A DNA stretch of 64,000 nucleotides from NCBI GenBank assembly GCA_964559435.1, contig CAZLHI010000014.1, forward strand, positions 1,178-65,177, given 5' to 3'. A program made the translations under genes and the position numbers. How positions within the stretch are numbered: the stretch's first letter is position 1; every line of letters begins with the position of its first letter. Under the pieces are notes generated by a model that saw nothing but the letters and a program-made list of their open reading frames with translations, was not told the origin of the DNA and did not search any database. This stretch comes from an uncultured bacterium (GTDB taxonomy: Bacteria; Armatimonadota; Hebobacteria; Hebobacterales; Hebobacteraceae). Of this stretch, positions 30,015-39,473 are shown in pieces.

Positions 30015-30044
30015 TTGACACCCGCGAGAGCTGCGTGTTATACT
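30015..30044 (+). promoter_or_regulatory. sigma70-like promoter (TTGACA-18-TATACT) upstream of the CheY-like regulator
   Basis: TTGACA at 30015-30020 and TATACT at 30039-30044. Positions are anchored on an overlapping six-frame ORF. Confidence 0.4.
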
Positions 30045-30105
30045 GGCGCCACCGCGAGCAGCAACAGCACGGGGGTCCCCGCGCCCCGCCAGGAAGGTCG
30101 TCATT

Positions 30106-30516
30106 ATGCCCGGCAAGAAGATCATGGCGGTCGATGACGAGCGCCATATAGTTCGCCTCATCCAGGTCAACCTCGAGCGTTCGGGCTACCAGGTCGTGAC
30201 TGCCTTCGACGGTCCCGAGGCACTCAAGAAGGTGGAGGCCGACAGGCCGGACCTCATCGTCCTCGACGTCATGATGCCCAAGATGGATGGCTTTGAGGTG
30301 CTTAAGCGCCTCCAGGCCAACCCGGAGACACGAGAGATCCCCGTGATCATGCTGACGGCCAAGGCACAGGACGCCGACGTCTTCCGCGGATGGGCATCGG
30401 GGGTCAGCGCGTATCTGACAAAGCCATTCAACCCACTGGAGTTGGTAACCTTCGTCAAGCGAATCCTCAGTGGACATGACGACTATGATGACGGAGAAAA
30501 GGTCTGGGAGGTCTAG
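30106..30516 (+). CDS. single-domain response regulator (CheY-like receiver)
   Basis: MPGKKIMAVDDERHIVRLIQVNLERSGYQVVTAFDGPEALKK…DLIVLDVMMPKMDGFEVLKRLQ…LTAKAQ. No output domain and no adjacent kinase. Confidence 0.85.
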   Translation: MPGKKIMAVDDERHIVRLIQVNLERSGYQVVTAFDGPEALKKVEADRPDLIVLDVMMPKMDGFEVLKRLQANPETREIPVIMLTAKAQDADVFRGWASGVSAYLTKPFNPLELVTFVKRILSGHDDYDDGEKVWEV

Positions 30517-30751
30517 CGGCCTCTGGGCGACGGCTGCGATGGAAGAGAGGGCGCATAAGCGCCAGATGGCGTTGTGGCTGGCCCTCGTGTTGGGTGTGGC
30601 CGGTGGCGTCGCCGGCGCGATCTACCTGCTGCGGCACAACGACGCGGCCCACCGAATGGATCGTCTGCTGCGCCGTTGCGAGGGCCGCATTCACAATATC
30701 GAGAGCAGTCTCGCCGAGCTTGAGTCCAGTCTGGGCTCGCCGCAGTCGTAG
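30470..30751 (+). CDS. hypothetical small membrane protein
   Basis: 93-aa ORF overlapping the regulator's 3' end. One TM (LWLALVLGVAGGVAGAIYLL) then a coiled-coil-like tail. Weak support. Confidence 0.3.
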   Translation: MDMTTMMTEKRSGRSSGLWATAAMEERAHKRQMALWLALVLGVAGGVAGAIYLLRHNDAAHRMDRLLRRCEGRIHNIESSLAELESSLGSPQS

Positions 30752-30777
30752 CCGTCTCGGCTCGTAGTCGCCTCTCG

Positions 30778-30805
30778 TTGACAAAGCCCCTTCCCACGCT
30801 ACAAT
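30778..30805 (+). promoter_or_regulatory. near-consensus sigma70 promoter (TTGACA-16-TACAAT) upstream of moaA
   Basis: TTGACA 30778-30783 and TACAAT 30800-30805, about 35 nt before the moaA ATG. Confidence 0.45.
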
Positions 30806-30838
30806 GGTCGGGTGATCCCTTGTGTCGTGAGTTGAGCG

Positions 30839-31819
30839 ATGAGCATTCCGGGCCGGCTGACCGACTCCTTCGGTCGCCGCATCGAATACCTGAGAATATC
30901 CCTGACCGAGCGTTGCGATCTTCGATGCTCCTACTGCCAGCCGGCAGGGCGAGCCGGCCGGCCCTCACATGATCTGCTCAGTACCGACGACGTGGCCGCC
31001 ATAGCACAGGCTGGCGTGGCGCTGGGAATCCGCAGGATCCGGCTTACCGGGGGCGAGCCCCTGCTTCGCGCCGACCTCGAAGACATTATCCACCGCCTCA
31101 GTGTGCTTTCCGGGCGAGAGGACCTGGCGTTGACGACGAACGGACAGGGCCTCCCTCGCCGCGCGCAGGCCCTTGCTGCGGCGGGCCTCAAGCGCGTGAA
31201 CATCAGCCTGGACTCTCTCAATCCGCAGATGTACGCGGCGGCGACGGGCGGCGGATCCCTTGCCGCAGTCCTGAGTGGTCTCGAAGCGGTTTTGGCGGCC
31301 GGTCTCGACCCGGTCAAGATCAACGTCGTGCTGGCCGGACGGGCGCCTCTCGACCAATCTGATCTGTCCGGCTTCGTGGGCCTCATACAGAGGCGGCCCG
31401 TGCACGTGCGGTTCATCGAGGCGATGCCGACATGCTCTCACGCATCCTATATGCCGGCCGGGGGAGTGCTTGAGCAGCTCTCGCAGTTCGGCCCCCTCGC
31501 TCCCGTGCCAGGTCCAGACGGCGGCGGTCCAGCTCGCTACTATCGGATGGACGGGTCCATAGGAACGATAGGGATGATAACGCCCATATCCGATCCCTTC
31601 TGCGCCCGCTGCAATCGCCTTCGCATCAGCTCGCGAGGCGAGCTCTTCCCCTGCCTCTTCAGCCCAAAGGGCACGTCGCTTCTCGCCGCCCTGCGAGGCG
31701 ACAAGCCGATCAGCGATCTTACCACGCTCCTCAGGGATGCCGCCGCTGCGAAGCCGCTGCGATACGGCGATGTTGCCAGCCCACCACGGATCGCCGCAAT
31801 GCACGTGATCGGCGGCTAG
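30839..31819 (+). CDS. moaA: GTP 3',8-cyclase (molybdenum cofactor biosynthesis protein A)
   Basis: Radical SAM CxxxCxxC in LTERCDLRCSYCQP, GGEPLLR, and C-terminal Cys (…PFCARCNRLRISS…). Full-length MoaA architecture. Confidence 0.9.
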   Translation: MSIPGRLTDSFGRRIEYLRISLTERCDLRCSYCQPAGRAGRPSHDLLSTDDVAAIAQAGVALGIRRIRLTGGEPLLRADLEDIIHRLSVLSGREDLALTTNGQGLPRRAQALAAAGLKRVNISLDSLNPQMYAAATGGGSLAAVLSGLEAVLAAGLDPVKINVVLAGRAPLDQSDLSGFVGLIQRRPVHVRFIEAMPTCSHASYMPAGGVLEQLSQFGPLAPVPGPDGGGPARYYRMDGSIGTIGMITPISDPFCARCNRLRISSRGELFPCLFSPKGTSLLAALRGDKPISDLTTLLRDAAAAKPLRYGDVASPPRIAAMHVIGG

Positions 31820-31837
31820 CTGCCAGGACCAGCGCCC

Positions 31838-33190
31838 ATGGCAGAGGCCGCTCAGGCTCGACAGCGCACCTACGCCCACACCCGCTGGAACTTCGTCGTA
31901 ATCGTCCTGGACGCGGCCTTCTTCTTCGGGGGCCTCGCGTTCATCGACCCTGTCGCCGTACTCCCGGTCCTCATCGGCAAGCTCGGCGGATCCGACTTCA
32001 CCGTGGGAACCGTGGGCACCCTTCAACGCGCCGGCTGGATCGTCCCACAGCTCATCGCCACCAGCTACGTCCTCCACCACAGGCAGAAGAAGAAGTTCGT
32101 CATGCTCCCGGTAGTGTTCTCGCGCCTCCCTTTCTTCGGGGTGGCGCTCGCCTTCATGTTGGTCCCAGCGGGGTCATCCCTTCAGGCGCTGCTGTTCCTG
32201 CTGATCGGCGTCTACGCGCTCTTCTTCTTCGGCGACGGGCTCGTCGGCGTGCCTTGGCACGACATCATCGCGCGGACGATCCCGCCTACCGTCCGCGGGC
32301 GCTTCTTCGGCAGCATCAACATCCTCGGCGGCATGTTTATGGCTGTCGCCGGTGCGATCGTGCGCCGTGTCCTCGCCGATCCATCGCTGCCGTTCCCCCA
32401 CAACTACGGCCGCCTCTTCGTCTACCTCTGCATCTGTATGGGTCTCTCCACCCTGTTCTTGGCGTTCATCAAGGAGCCACCCGGAACGGCTGTCGAGGAG
32501 CGCCATTCACTGGCTCGCCTCCTTCGGGCTGTGCCCGCCACCCTGCGGCGCCACCCCCTGCTGGCTCGCCTGATCATCGCGGAGAACCTCATGGGGCTTA
32601 TCGGGCTGGCCATCCCCTTTTACGCCGTGTTCGGCCATACCAGACTCCGGCTGCCGGAATCCATGGGGGGTGTTTTCATCTGGGCGGCCACGGCCGGGAC
32701 CGTCTCTGCCAGCGTCGTCTGGGCCTATCTCAACGACCGCAAGGGGCCCCTGACAGTGATCCGAGGCGTCACGGCGTCGGGCCTATTGGTACCGATCGCG
32801 GCCCTCGGTCTTCCCTCGCTCGGGCGGGCCGTCAGCGCTGATTCGTACGTGGGATACGTCTACTGCGTCACCTTCCTGCTCAATGGCATCGCCATGGCCG
32901 GGGGCTGGATGGGGATCACAAACTATGTCCTGGAGATCGCTCCCGACGACATCCGGCCGCTCTTCCTGGGGCTCGCGGCCACCCTCTCGGCCCCGGCCGT
33001 GCTCATGCCGCTATTGGGGGGATTGCTGCTCCGGCTCATCTCCTACGAGACTCTCTTCGTCATCGCCGCTGCCGGTGGGGTATTGGCTGCCGCCTATGTC
33101 TTCACTCTCGAACGACCTCGCGTGACGGCCCACGAGCGCGCCGCGCTCGCCCCGTCCCCATCTCCCGCCTCTCGCCCGACGCTTGATTGA
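31838..33190 (+). CDS. MFS transporter
   Basis: 450 aa with 12 predicted TM helices and major-facilitator-like loops. Confidence 0.8.
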   Translation: MAEAAQARQRTYAHTRWNFVVIVLDAAFFFGGLAFIDPVAVLPVLIGKLGGSDFTVGTVGTLQRAGWIVPQLIATSYVLHHRQKKKFVMLPVVFSRLPFFGVALAFMLVPAGSSLQALLFLLIGVYALFFFGDGLVGVPWHDIIARTIPPTVRGRFFGSINILGGMFMAVAGAIVRRVLADPSLPFPHNYGRLFVYLCICMGLSTLFLAFIKEPPGTAVEERHSLARLLRAVPATLRRHPLLARLIIAENLMGLIGLAIPFYAVFGHTRLRLPESMGGVFIWAATAGTVSASVVWAYLNDRKGPLTVIRGVTASGLLVPIAALGLPSLGRAVSADSYVGYVYCVTFLLNGIAMAGGWMGITNYVLEIAPDDIRPLFLGLAATLSAPAVLMPLLGGLLLRLISYETLFVIAAAGGVLAAAYVFTLERPRVTAHERAALAPSPSPASRPTLD

Positions 33191-33887
33191 CAAGCGCGGT
33201 CCGCACCCGCTATCTTCAGGCGTCATGTCCGATACCCTCATGGGCCAACCAGCCGGCGACACGGGGAGCGGCCTGTACCGCGTCTCGAGGGCCTTCCTGA
33301 AGGTTCTGTTCCGCCTCTACAACCGCTGGGAGGTTTCCGGACAGGAACACGTCCCCGCCTCCGGCGGCGTGCTGCTATTCGCAAACCATACCAGCTATGC
33401 CGACCCGCCCATCGTCGGGGCGGCCTGTCCCCGGCCCGTCAACTTCATGGCGAAGGCCGAGCTCTTCCACCTACCTGTGCTCTCGGGCTTCATCAGCCGC
33501 ACCCACGCCTTTCCGGTGCAGCGGGGCGCGGCCGACCAGCAGGCTCTACGGCGGGCGGTGCGCCTGCTCGACAGCGGAGAGGTATTCCTCATCTTCCCCG
33601 AGGGCACGCGCAGCCACGACGGTCGGCTGATGGATTTCGAACTCGGGACCGCATTCGTCGCCCTCGCTGCCGAGGCAGCAGTCGTGCCAGTGGCAATCGA
33701 TGGCGCCGACCGATTGCTGCCCCCGGGGAAGCCCATGCTCCTTCCCGCCAAGCTCCGCGTCCGTTTCGGGCCGCCGGTGGACTTGTCTCGGCATCGCACC
33801 CAGCGCCGATCCCGAGACGTGTTGGGAAAGGTGTGTGAGGAGATGGCGGCGGCACTGCGGTCCCTGCTGCCCGAGCACCGCCGCTAA
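33183..33887 (+). CDS. plsC: 1-acyl-sn-glycerol-3-phosphate acyltransferase (lysophospholipid acyltransferase)
   Basis: HX4D motif in LFANHTSYADPPIVG and FPEGTRS block. The start is TTG 33183 overlapping the MFS stop, or ATG 33225. Confidence 0.8.
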   Translation: MIDKRGPHPLSSGVMSDTLMGQPAGDTGSGLYRVSRAFLKVLFRLYNRWEVSGQEHVPASGGVLLFANHTSYADPPIVGAACPRPVNFMAKAELFHLPVLSGFISRTHAFPVQRGAADQQALRRAVRLLDSGEVFLIFPEGTRSHDGRLMDFELGTAFVALAAEAAVVPVAIDGADRLLPPGKPMLLPAKLRVRFGPPVDLSRHRTQRRSRDVLGKVCEEMAAALRSLLPEHRR

Positions 33888-33955
33888 CTGCCGGTTGTCG
33901 CTACTGATTGGAACCTGCCCCGGCGCTCGGGTGTCAAACCTCTGGAGGTGATCAT

Positions 33956-34822
33956 ATGTTGAACAACGGCCATCATGTAAACCGGCCCTCTCTGGTTCTG
34001 CTGCTGGTCGCAAGTGCAGTGCTCGGAGGTTTAGTTGCTGCTGGGGTCTCTGCTGGGTTGCAGCCCAGGCCGGCCGAGGCGGCCTCCGCGAATGTTCCCG
34101 CTCTACAGTCATCATTCATTGAAGTGGCCGAGCGGGTGTCGCCGGGCGTCGTCAACATCAACACCGAGAAGGAGATACGTCAGCAAGTCTGGGGCTTCGA
34201 CATCTTCAACTTCAACCCATGGCGCGACCCGTGGCCCCCCTTCCGGCCGTACGAGCGCGTCCACAAGGTCACGAACTTGGGATCGGGCTTCATCATAACG
34301 CCCGACGGATTCGTCCTCACGAACGCTCACGTAATCGGCCGGGCCGACACCATCAGCGTGACTATGGCGAATGGTCAAAGCTACGAGGCGCGCCTCGTCC
34401 AGTTGATCGCGGAGAAGGACCTCGCGGTCATCAAGATGGTTGATTGCCCCGAGAATCTGCCGACCGTTCGCCTCGGTGACGCCCACCAGGTCCGGGTTGG
34501 GTCATGGGCGATCGCGATCGGCAGCCCGTTTGGCTTCACTGAGACGGTTACAGTAGGCGTTATCAGTGCAAAGGGGCGGGTGGTGAGGCAGGCGAAGGGC
34601 CGCGAGGAGATGCGGGATCTCCTTCAGACCGATGCCGCCATCAACTTCGGCAACTCAGGCGGCCCGCTCGTGAACATCGAAGGCGAGGTCATCGGCATCA
34701 ACCAGGCGATCTTCTCACCCCGCGGCACCGGCAACATCGGCATCGGCTTTGCCATTCCCGTGAACGCGGAGACGAAGGGGCTTATTGACCAGGCGGTCCG
34801 GTCGTCTCGGCGGAGGGTGTAG
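33956..34822 (+). CDS. S1C (HtrA/DegP-like) serine protease without PDZ domain
   Basis: ATG 33956 follows GGAGGTGA. N-terminal TM/signal, His in TNAHVI, Asp in DLAVIK, Ser in GNSGGPLV. Confidence 0.85.
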   Translation: MLNNGHHVNRPSLVLLLVASAVLGGLVAAGVSAGLQPRPAEAASANVPALQSSFIEVAERVSPGVVNINTEKEIRQQVWGFDIFNFNPWRDPWPPFRPYERVHKVTNLGSGFIITPDGFVLTNAHVIGRADTISVTMANGQSYEARLVQLIAEKDLAVIKMVDCPENLPTVRLGDAHQVRVGSWAIAIGSPFGFTETVTVGVISAKGRVVRQAKGREEMRDLLQTDAAINFGNSGGPLVNIEGEVIGINQAIFSPRGTGNIGIGFAIPVNAETKGLIDQAVRSSRRRV

Positions 34823-34970
34823 GCTCGGCGTCAGCAGTACGCACCGGGACAGACACTCCCGGCATCCGCGCGAGGCAGGCTGTGCAGTCTCGGCAGGCGC
34901 GATTGGACGTGCAGAGCGCCCCGGTGACTTGCGCTTCGAGTGCGGCCGCCTTGAGGAGTTGAGCTCGCAT

Positions 34971-35531
34971 TCATAGCGCGCCTCTTGCCACAAAGAGCCC
35001 CAAGACCGCCACAAACGCAATCCAAGTCTTGTGCTCGTCGTTCTCCCACACCCATTTCCACTCGAACCGGCTGTTTCGAAGCCCTTCGATGTTCAGCTTC
35101 GCTGGCGTCAGCCGTGGGACGATGCCTGGTACTCGTTGCTTGTACTCGTCAAACGCCTCTCCGTACATCCGCCTCAGGTAACCCTCTTCTTGCTTCACCG
35201 TCGGCACATAGACCGCGACTGCCAGCGCCAGGAAGATCGCAGCAAGCCGCCAGTCTCCAAGAATCACGAGAAACCCCACCGTGTTGAGCAAGCTCCCCAG
35301 GTAGAGCGGATTCCTCACGAACGCGTACGGCCCGCCCACGGTGAGCGTCTCGTCCTTGACCAGATGCCCGGCCGCCCACGTTCTCAAGGTCTCGCCCGCC
35401 ACGATCAGGGGTACGCCCCACAGGTTCCACGCCGGCTTCCGCAGGATGATCGCCACGACGACGAACACGGGCGGCAGCCACACCCGCACCCGGTTGAGCC
35501 AGATCTCTTTCTTCGTCTTCGGGATCAGCAC
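34971..35531 (-). CDS. isoprenylcysteine carboxyl methyltransferase (ICMT/PEMT) family membrane methyltransferase
   Basis: GTG at V38 of the track ORF with GGGGAGA upstream. Contains TVGGPYAFVRNPLYLGSLL and the C-terminal E…Y…F motif. Confidence 0.7.
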   Translation of the reverse strand: MLIPKTKKEIWLNRVRVWLPPVFVVVAIILRKPAWNLWGVPLIVAGETLRTWAAGHLVKDETLTVGGPYAFVRNPLYLGSLLNTVGFLVILGDWRLAAIFLALAVAVYVPTVKQEEGYLRRMYGEAFDEYKQRVPGIVPRLTPAKLNIEGLRNSRFEWKWVWENDEHKTWIAFVAVLGLFVARGAL

Positions 35532-35696
35532 GCCGCTAGCTTCTCCCCGGCCGGCCGCCGACCTCTCGGCCCTGCTTCCCTGCCGCGCGGCTGAAGAGAG
35601 TAGACTGGAGGGAAGGTTTCGGCGCCGCGCGCAGAATCGCAAGAGGGTGAGCCGCGCTCGGGCGCGGCTCTCAGTACGCGGCGCCAGGACCGCCCA

Positions 35697-36515
35697 TTGC
35701 TGAACACTGTTGTCTGCATCAAGCAGGTGCCCGATACGACGCAGGTCCGGATCGACCCCGAGACCAACACGCTGGTTCGCGAGGGAATCCCCGCCATCAT
35801 CAACCCTTTCGACCTCTACGCTATCGAGGCGGCCGCCCAGTTGAAGGACCGATACGGTGGCTCATGCACATTGCTGAGCATGGGACCGCCGCAGGCTGTG
35901 GAGGCGCTCCAGAAGGGGCTGTCGCTCGGAGCTGACAAGGGGGTTCTGCTCTCCGATCGAGCTTTGGTCGGATCGGATACTCTCGCCACTTCGGCCGCTC
36001 TCGCTGCGGCAGTTCGCGTCCTCAACCGTGAGCAGACGGTCGACCTGGTCCTCTGCGGCAAGCAGACCATTGACGGCGATACTGCGCAGGTCGGCCCCGG
36101 CATCGCTACACGCCTGGGGTTTGCCCAGATCACGTACGTCGGGAAGATCGAGGAGATCGACCTGGATGCGCGCCGAATCCGCGCTGGCCGCATCCTGGAG
36201 GGGGCGGAGGAGGTCGTCGAGGCGCCGCTGCCAGCCTTGCTGACTGTGCTGAACGACATAGGAGAGCCTCGCTATGGCTCTTTACCCGCGGTGATAAGAG
36301 GGCTGCGCGCGAAGATACCGGTTTGGGGCATCGAGCAGGCGGAACTCGACGCGAGCGAGGTCGGCCTGGCCGGTTCACCCACGCAGGTCCGCCGGGTATT
36401 CGCCCCGCCCCAGCGAGAGAGAGGCGACATCCTCTCTGGGGAGGATGGCAACCCCGATCGCGCCGCCAATCTCTTGCTCGACCGTCTCCTGGCGGCGGGT
36501 GTTCTGGAGAAGTAG
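35697..36515 (+). CDS. etfB: electron transfer flavoprotein beta subunit (FixA-type)
   Basis: TTG start. MLNTVVCIKQVPDTTQVRIDPETNTLVREGIPAIINPFDLYAIEAA is the canonical EtfB N-terminus. Confidence 0.9.
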   Translation: MLNTVVCIKQVPDTTQVRIDPETNTLVREGIPAIINPFDLYAIEAAAQLKDRYGGSCTLLSMGPPQAVEALQKGLSLGADKGVLLSDRALVGSDTLATSAALAAAVRVLNREQTVDLVLCGKQTIDGDTAQVGPGIATRLGFAQITYVGKIEEIDLDARRIRAGRILEGAEEVVEAPLPALLTVLNDIGEPRYGSLPAVIRGLRAKIPVWGIEQAELDASEVGLAGSPTQVRRVFAPPQRERGDILSGEDGNPDRAANLLLDRLLAAGVLEK

Positions 36516-36521
36516 CCTGGT

Positions 36522-37799
36522 ATGGCCGGATCATCCCGCAAACCACGCGCTCTCGCCGAAGTCATCCGTGGTGCCTGCATCGGCTGCGAGCAGTGTGTCG
36601 CCGTTTGCCCCGCGGACGCGATCACCATGGACGACGAGCGGATCGCAGTGGTCGACGCGGACGCGTGTGTGGGATGCAAGAAGTGTGTGCCCGCTTGTCC
36701 GACATCGGCGATCTCAATGGTGGGCGAGGCGCCAGACGAAGCAGAGGAGAGCCAGTTGGCGCCCGGACCTGCCAGCGCAGAGCCGCGCTCCCTCCCCGAG
36801 GTATGGGTGTTCGTGGAGCACACGGACGGTCGGCCTGCAGCCGTTTCCTGGGAGTTGCTCGGCAAGGCGCGGGAGCTGGCCGCCCCGCTGCGAGGCATCG
36901 TGTGTGCTGTGGTGCTGGGCCGTCAGACCGAGCCCCTGGTCCGCGAGTCCGTGGCCTATGGAGCGGACAAGGTCTATGTGGTCGACGACCCCGCCCTGTC
37001 GCACTACCGCACCCAGCCCTACCTTCACGGAATGGCTCGCCTCGTCGAGAAGCACCAGCCTGAGATCCTGCTGCTGGGCGCGACTACGATGGGCCGCGAT
37101 CTGGCGGGCGCGGTCGCCACTAGGCTTGGAACAGGCCTCACGGCCGACTGCACTGGACTATCCATCGATCCAGAGACGAAACTACTGGAGCAGACGCGCC
37201 CCGCCTACGGGGGAAACATCATGGCCAGTATCCTCTGCGAGACGCGGCGCCCGCAAATGGCGACCGTTCGGCCTCGCGTCATGCCGATGCCGCCGCGCGA
37301 TGAGTCGAGAACGGGAGAGACCGTTCGGGAGGAGCTGGGTCTGGCCGAAGGCGACATTGCAGTGCGCATGCTGGAGTACGCTCGCCAGGACGACGCCTCG
37401 ATCGTCCGCATCGAAGACGCCGGCGTCCTGGTCTCGGGTGGGCGCGGCCTGGGCGGCCCCGAGGGCTTCAAGGTGCTGGCCGAGCTTGCTCAGGCGCTTG
37501 GCGGCGCGGTCTCAGGCTCCAGGGCCGCCGTCGATCAGGGATGGATAGACCACTCACGGCAGGTCGGGCAAACCGGCAAGACGGTGCGCCCGAAGCTGTA
37601 CATTGCATGCGGCATCTCGGGTGCGATCCAGCATCTGGTAGGGATGGAGACCGCCGACGTCATTGTAGCGATAAACCGTGATCCGGAGGCGCCGATCTTC
37701 GGTGTTGCGACGTACGGCATTGTGGGCGACGTTAATGACATCGTGCCGGCCCTGACGCGGGCGGCGCGGGCGCGACTGTCCCAGCGGGGAGACGGCTGA
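36522..37799 (+). CDS. etfA: electron transfer flavoprotein alpha subunit (FixB-type) with N-terminal 2x[4Fe-4S] ferredoxin domain
   Basis: The first about 70 aa carry two CxxCxxCxxxCP motifs (CIGCEQCVAVCP, CVGCKKCVPACP). The EtfA domain I/II follows with the FAD-binding C-terminus (…AVSGSRAAVDQGW…LYIACGISGAIQH). Confidence 0.9.
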   Translation: MAGSSRKPRALAEVIRGACIGCEQCVAVCPADAITMDDERIAVVDADACVGCKKCVPACPTSAISMVGEAPDEAEESQLAPGPASAEPRSLPEVWVFVEHTDGRPAAVSWELLGKARELAAPLRGIVCAVVLGRQTEPLVRESVAYGADKVYVVDDPALSHYRTQPYLHGMARLVEKHQPEILLLGATTMGRDLAGAVATRLGTGLTADCTGLSIDPETKLLEQTRPAYGGNIMASILCETRRPQMATVRPRVMPMPPRDESRTGETVREELGLAEGDIAVRMLEYARQDDASIVRIEDAGVLVSGGRGLGGPEGFKVLAELAQALGGAVSGSRAAVDQGWIDHSRQVGQTGKTVRPKLYIACGISGAIQHLVGMETADVIVAINRDPEAPIFGVATYGIVGDVNDIVPALTRAARARLSQRGDG

Positions 37800-39103
37800 T
37801 GAGCGGCCGGGGCGAGAAGTTCGATGTGGTCGTCGTGGGGGCCGGTCCTGCTGGGCTGTCCGCTGCCTACATCCTCGCCAAGGCCGGGGCGAACGTCGCC
37901 GTCATAGAGCGCGGCGACTTCCCCGGGTCGAAGAATGTGATGGGCGGCGTGCTCTATCGCCAGCCCACGGAGGAGGTCTTCCCTGGCTTCTGGCGGGAGG
38001 CCCCGCTCGAACGCCACATCGTCGAGACGCAGGCCTGGGTGCTCACGGAGAGGGCCGCCTTCAAGGCCGCGCATCGTCACGAAGCCTTCGACCGGGAGCC
38101 GTACAACGCTTTCACCGTCTTTCGAGCGCGCTTCGACAAGTGGATGGCCCAGCAGGTCCGCGAGGCAGGCGCCCTGATCATCCCGGAAACGGTCGTCGAG
38201 TCGGCGATAATGGAAGACGGGAAGGTCATCGGCGTTCGGACCGGCCGCCCGGACGGCGACCTCTACGCTGATGTTGTGATTGCGGCCGACGGTGCGAACT
38301 CGCTTCTTGCCCAGGACGTTGGCCTCCGTGACGAGATACCGCCGAGCGAGGCCGCGCTGGCCGTGAAGGAGGTCATCGCCCTGCCACGCGAAGTGGTCGA
38401 GGACCGCTTCGGCCTGACGGGGAGGCAGGGGGCCACGATAGAGCTCTACGCCGATGCGAGCTGGGGTATGGTGGGAACGGCCTGGATCTACACCAACCTC
38501 GACTCGCTCTCCATCGGAGTGGGCGCGCTCATCTCCCAGCTCGTCGAGCGCGGGATCCAGCCCAACGATCTGCTGGAGCACTTCAAGTCCCATCCCATGG
38601 TTGCGCCGCTCTTGGAGGGCGGGGAGACCCGGGAGTACCTCGCCCACCTCATCCCCGAGGGCGGCCTGAGGGGCATGCCGAAACTCTCCACTGACGGCAT
38701 GGTCGTCGTGGGCGACGCCGCCATGTTCATCAACTCCATGCACCGCGAGGGTTCCAACCTGGCCATGATGTCCGGCAAACTTGCGGCCGAGACTATTCTG
38801 CGCGCCCGAGAGAGCAGTGACTTCTCTGGGAGGTCGCTCGCTCATTATGAGAAGCTGGTGCGGGAAAGCCCCATCTACAAGGATCTCCACAAGTATCGCA
38901 ACATGAGCCGCTTCTTCGAAAGCCATCCCGAGTTCTTCACGCTCTATCCGGACCTGCTCAACGAGGCCGCTCGCGAGATGCTGACCGTTGATCGGGAAAC
39001 GAAGCGGGCCAAGCAGCGGAAGATCTTCTGGTCGGCCCTGAAGCGCCGCCCCCCCTGGCGAATGGCGCTGGACTTCTTCAGGGCTTGGAGGTCGGTTGCG
39101 TGA
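37799..39103 (+). CDS. fixC: FixC-type FAD-dependent oxidoreductase (ETF-quinone oxidoreductase-like)
   Basis: ATGA overlap with the etfA stop. FAD motif FDVVVVGAGPAGLSAAYILAKAG. Length and order fit FixC. Confidence 0.9.
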   Translation: MSGRGEKFDVVVVGAGPAGLSAAYILAKAGANVAVIERGDFPGSKNVMGGVLYRQPTEEVFPGFWREAPLERHIVETQAWVLTERAAFKAAHRHEAFDREPYNAFTVFRARFDKWMAQQVREAGALIIPETVVESAIMEDGKVIGVRTGRPDGDLYADVVIAADGANSLLAQDVGLRDEIPPSEAALAVKEVIALPREVVEDRFGLTGRQGATIELYADASWGMVGTAWIYTNLDSLSIGVGALISQLVERGIQPNDLLEHFKSHPMVAPLLEGGETREYLAHLIPEGGLRGMPKLSTDGMVVVGDAAMFINSMHREGSNLAMMSGKLAAETILRARESSDFSGRSLAHYEKLVRESPIYKDLHKYRNMSRFFESHPEFFTLYPDLLNEAAREMLTVDRETKRAKQRKIFWSALKRRPPWRMALDFFRAWRSVA

Positions 39104-39384
39104 AGAAGCTGACTCTCGAACAGAAGCTCTACCTCAACGGCTTTCGGCCGGACAACGAATCCCATCTCAACATTAAGGACCCGGCGAAGTGCCGCGAGTG
39201 CAAGCTCAAGCAGTGCACCTACATCTGCCCGGTGAACACGTATCGCTGGGAGAACGGCGAGATCACGGTGTTCTTCGAGGGATGTGTCGAATGCGGGGCC
39301 TGCCGGATCGCCTGTGCCGAATGCGGCAATCTGGAATGGCGCTACCCCCGGGGCGGCTTCGGCGTCAACTATCGCAATGGTTGA
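39100..39384 (+). CDS. fixX: FixX ferredoxin-like protein
   Basis: GTGA overlap with the fixC stop. …EQKLYLNGFRPDN…CKLKQCTYICPVNTY…CVECGACRIAC is the FixX pattern. Confidence 0.85.
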   Translation: MKKLTLEQKLYLNGFRPDNESHLNIKDPAKCRECKLKQCTYICPVNTYRWENGEITVFFEGCVECGACRIACAECGNLEWRYPRGGFGVNYRNG

Positions 39385-39473
39385 GTTCCTACGGCTGACT
39401 CAGCTTGCCCTTCTCCGGTCGGCCACCGCGCCCGAGGCGAGGGTTGGCGCGCCATGGATAGGAAATCGCTCCT

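Noticed and set aside
36522-36740. Possibility that the ferredoxin-like N-terminus of EtfA is a separate small gene.
   Set aside because: The frame is continuous with no internal stop or start and no RBS between the Fd and EtfA parts, consistent with known Fd-EtfA fusions.
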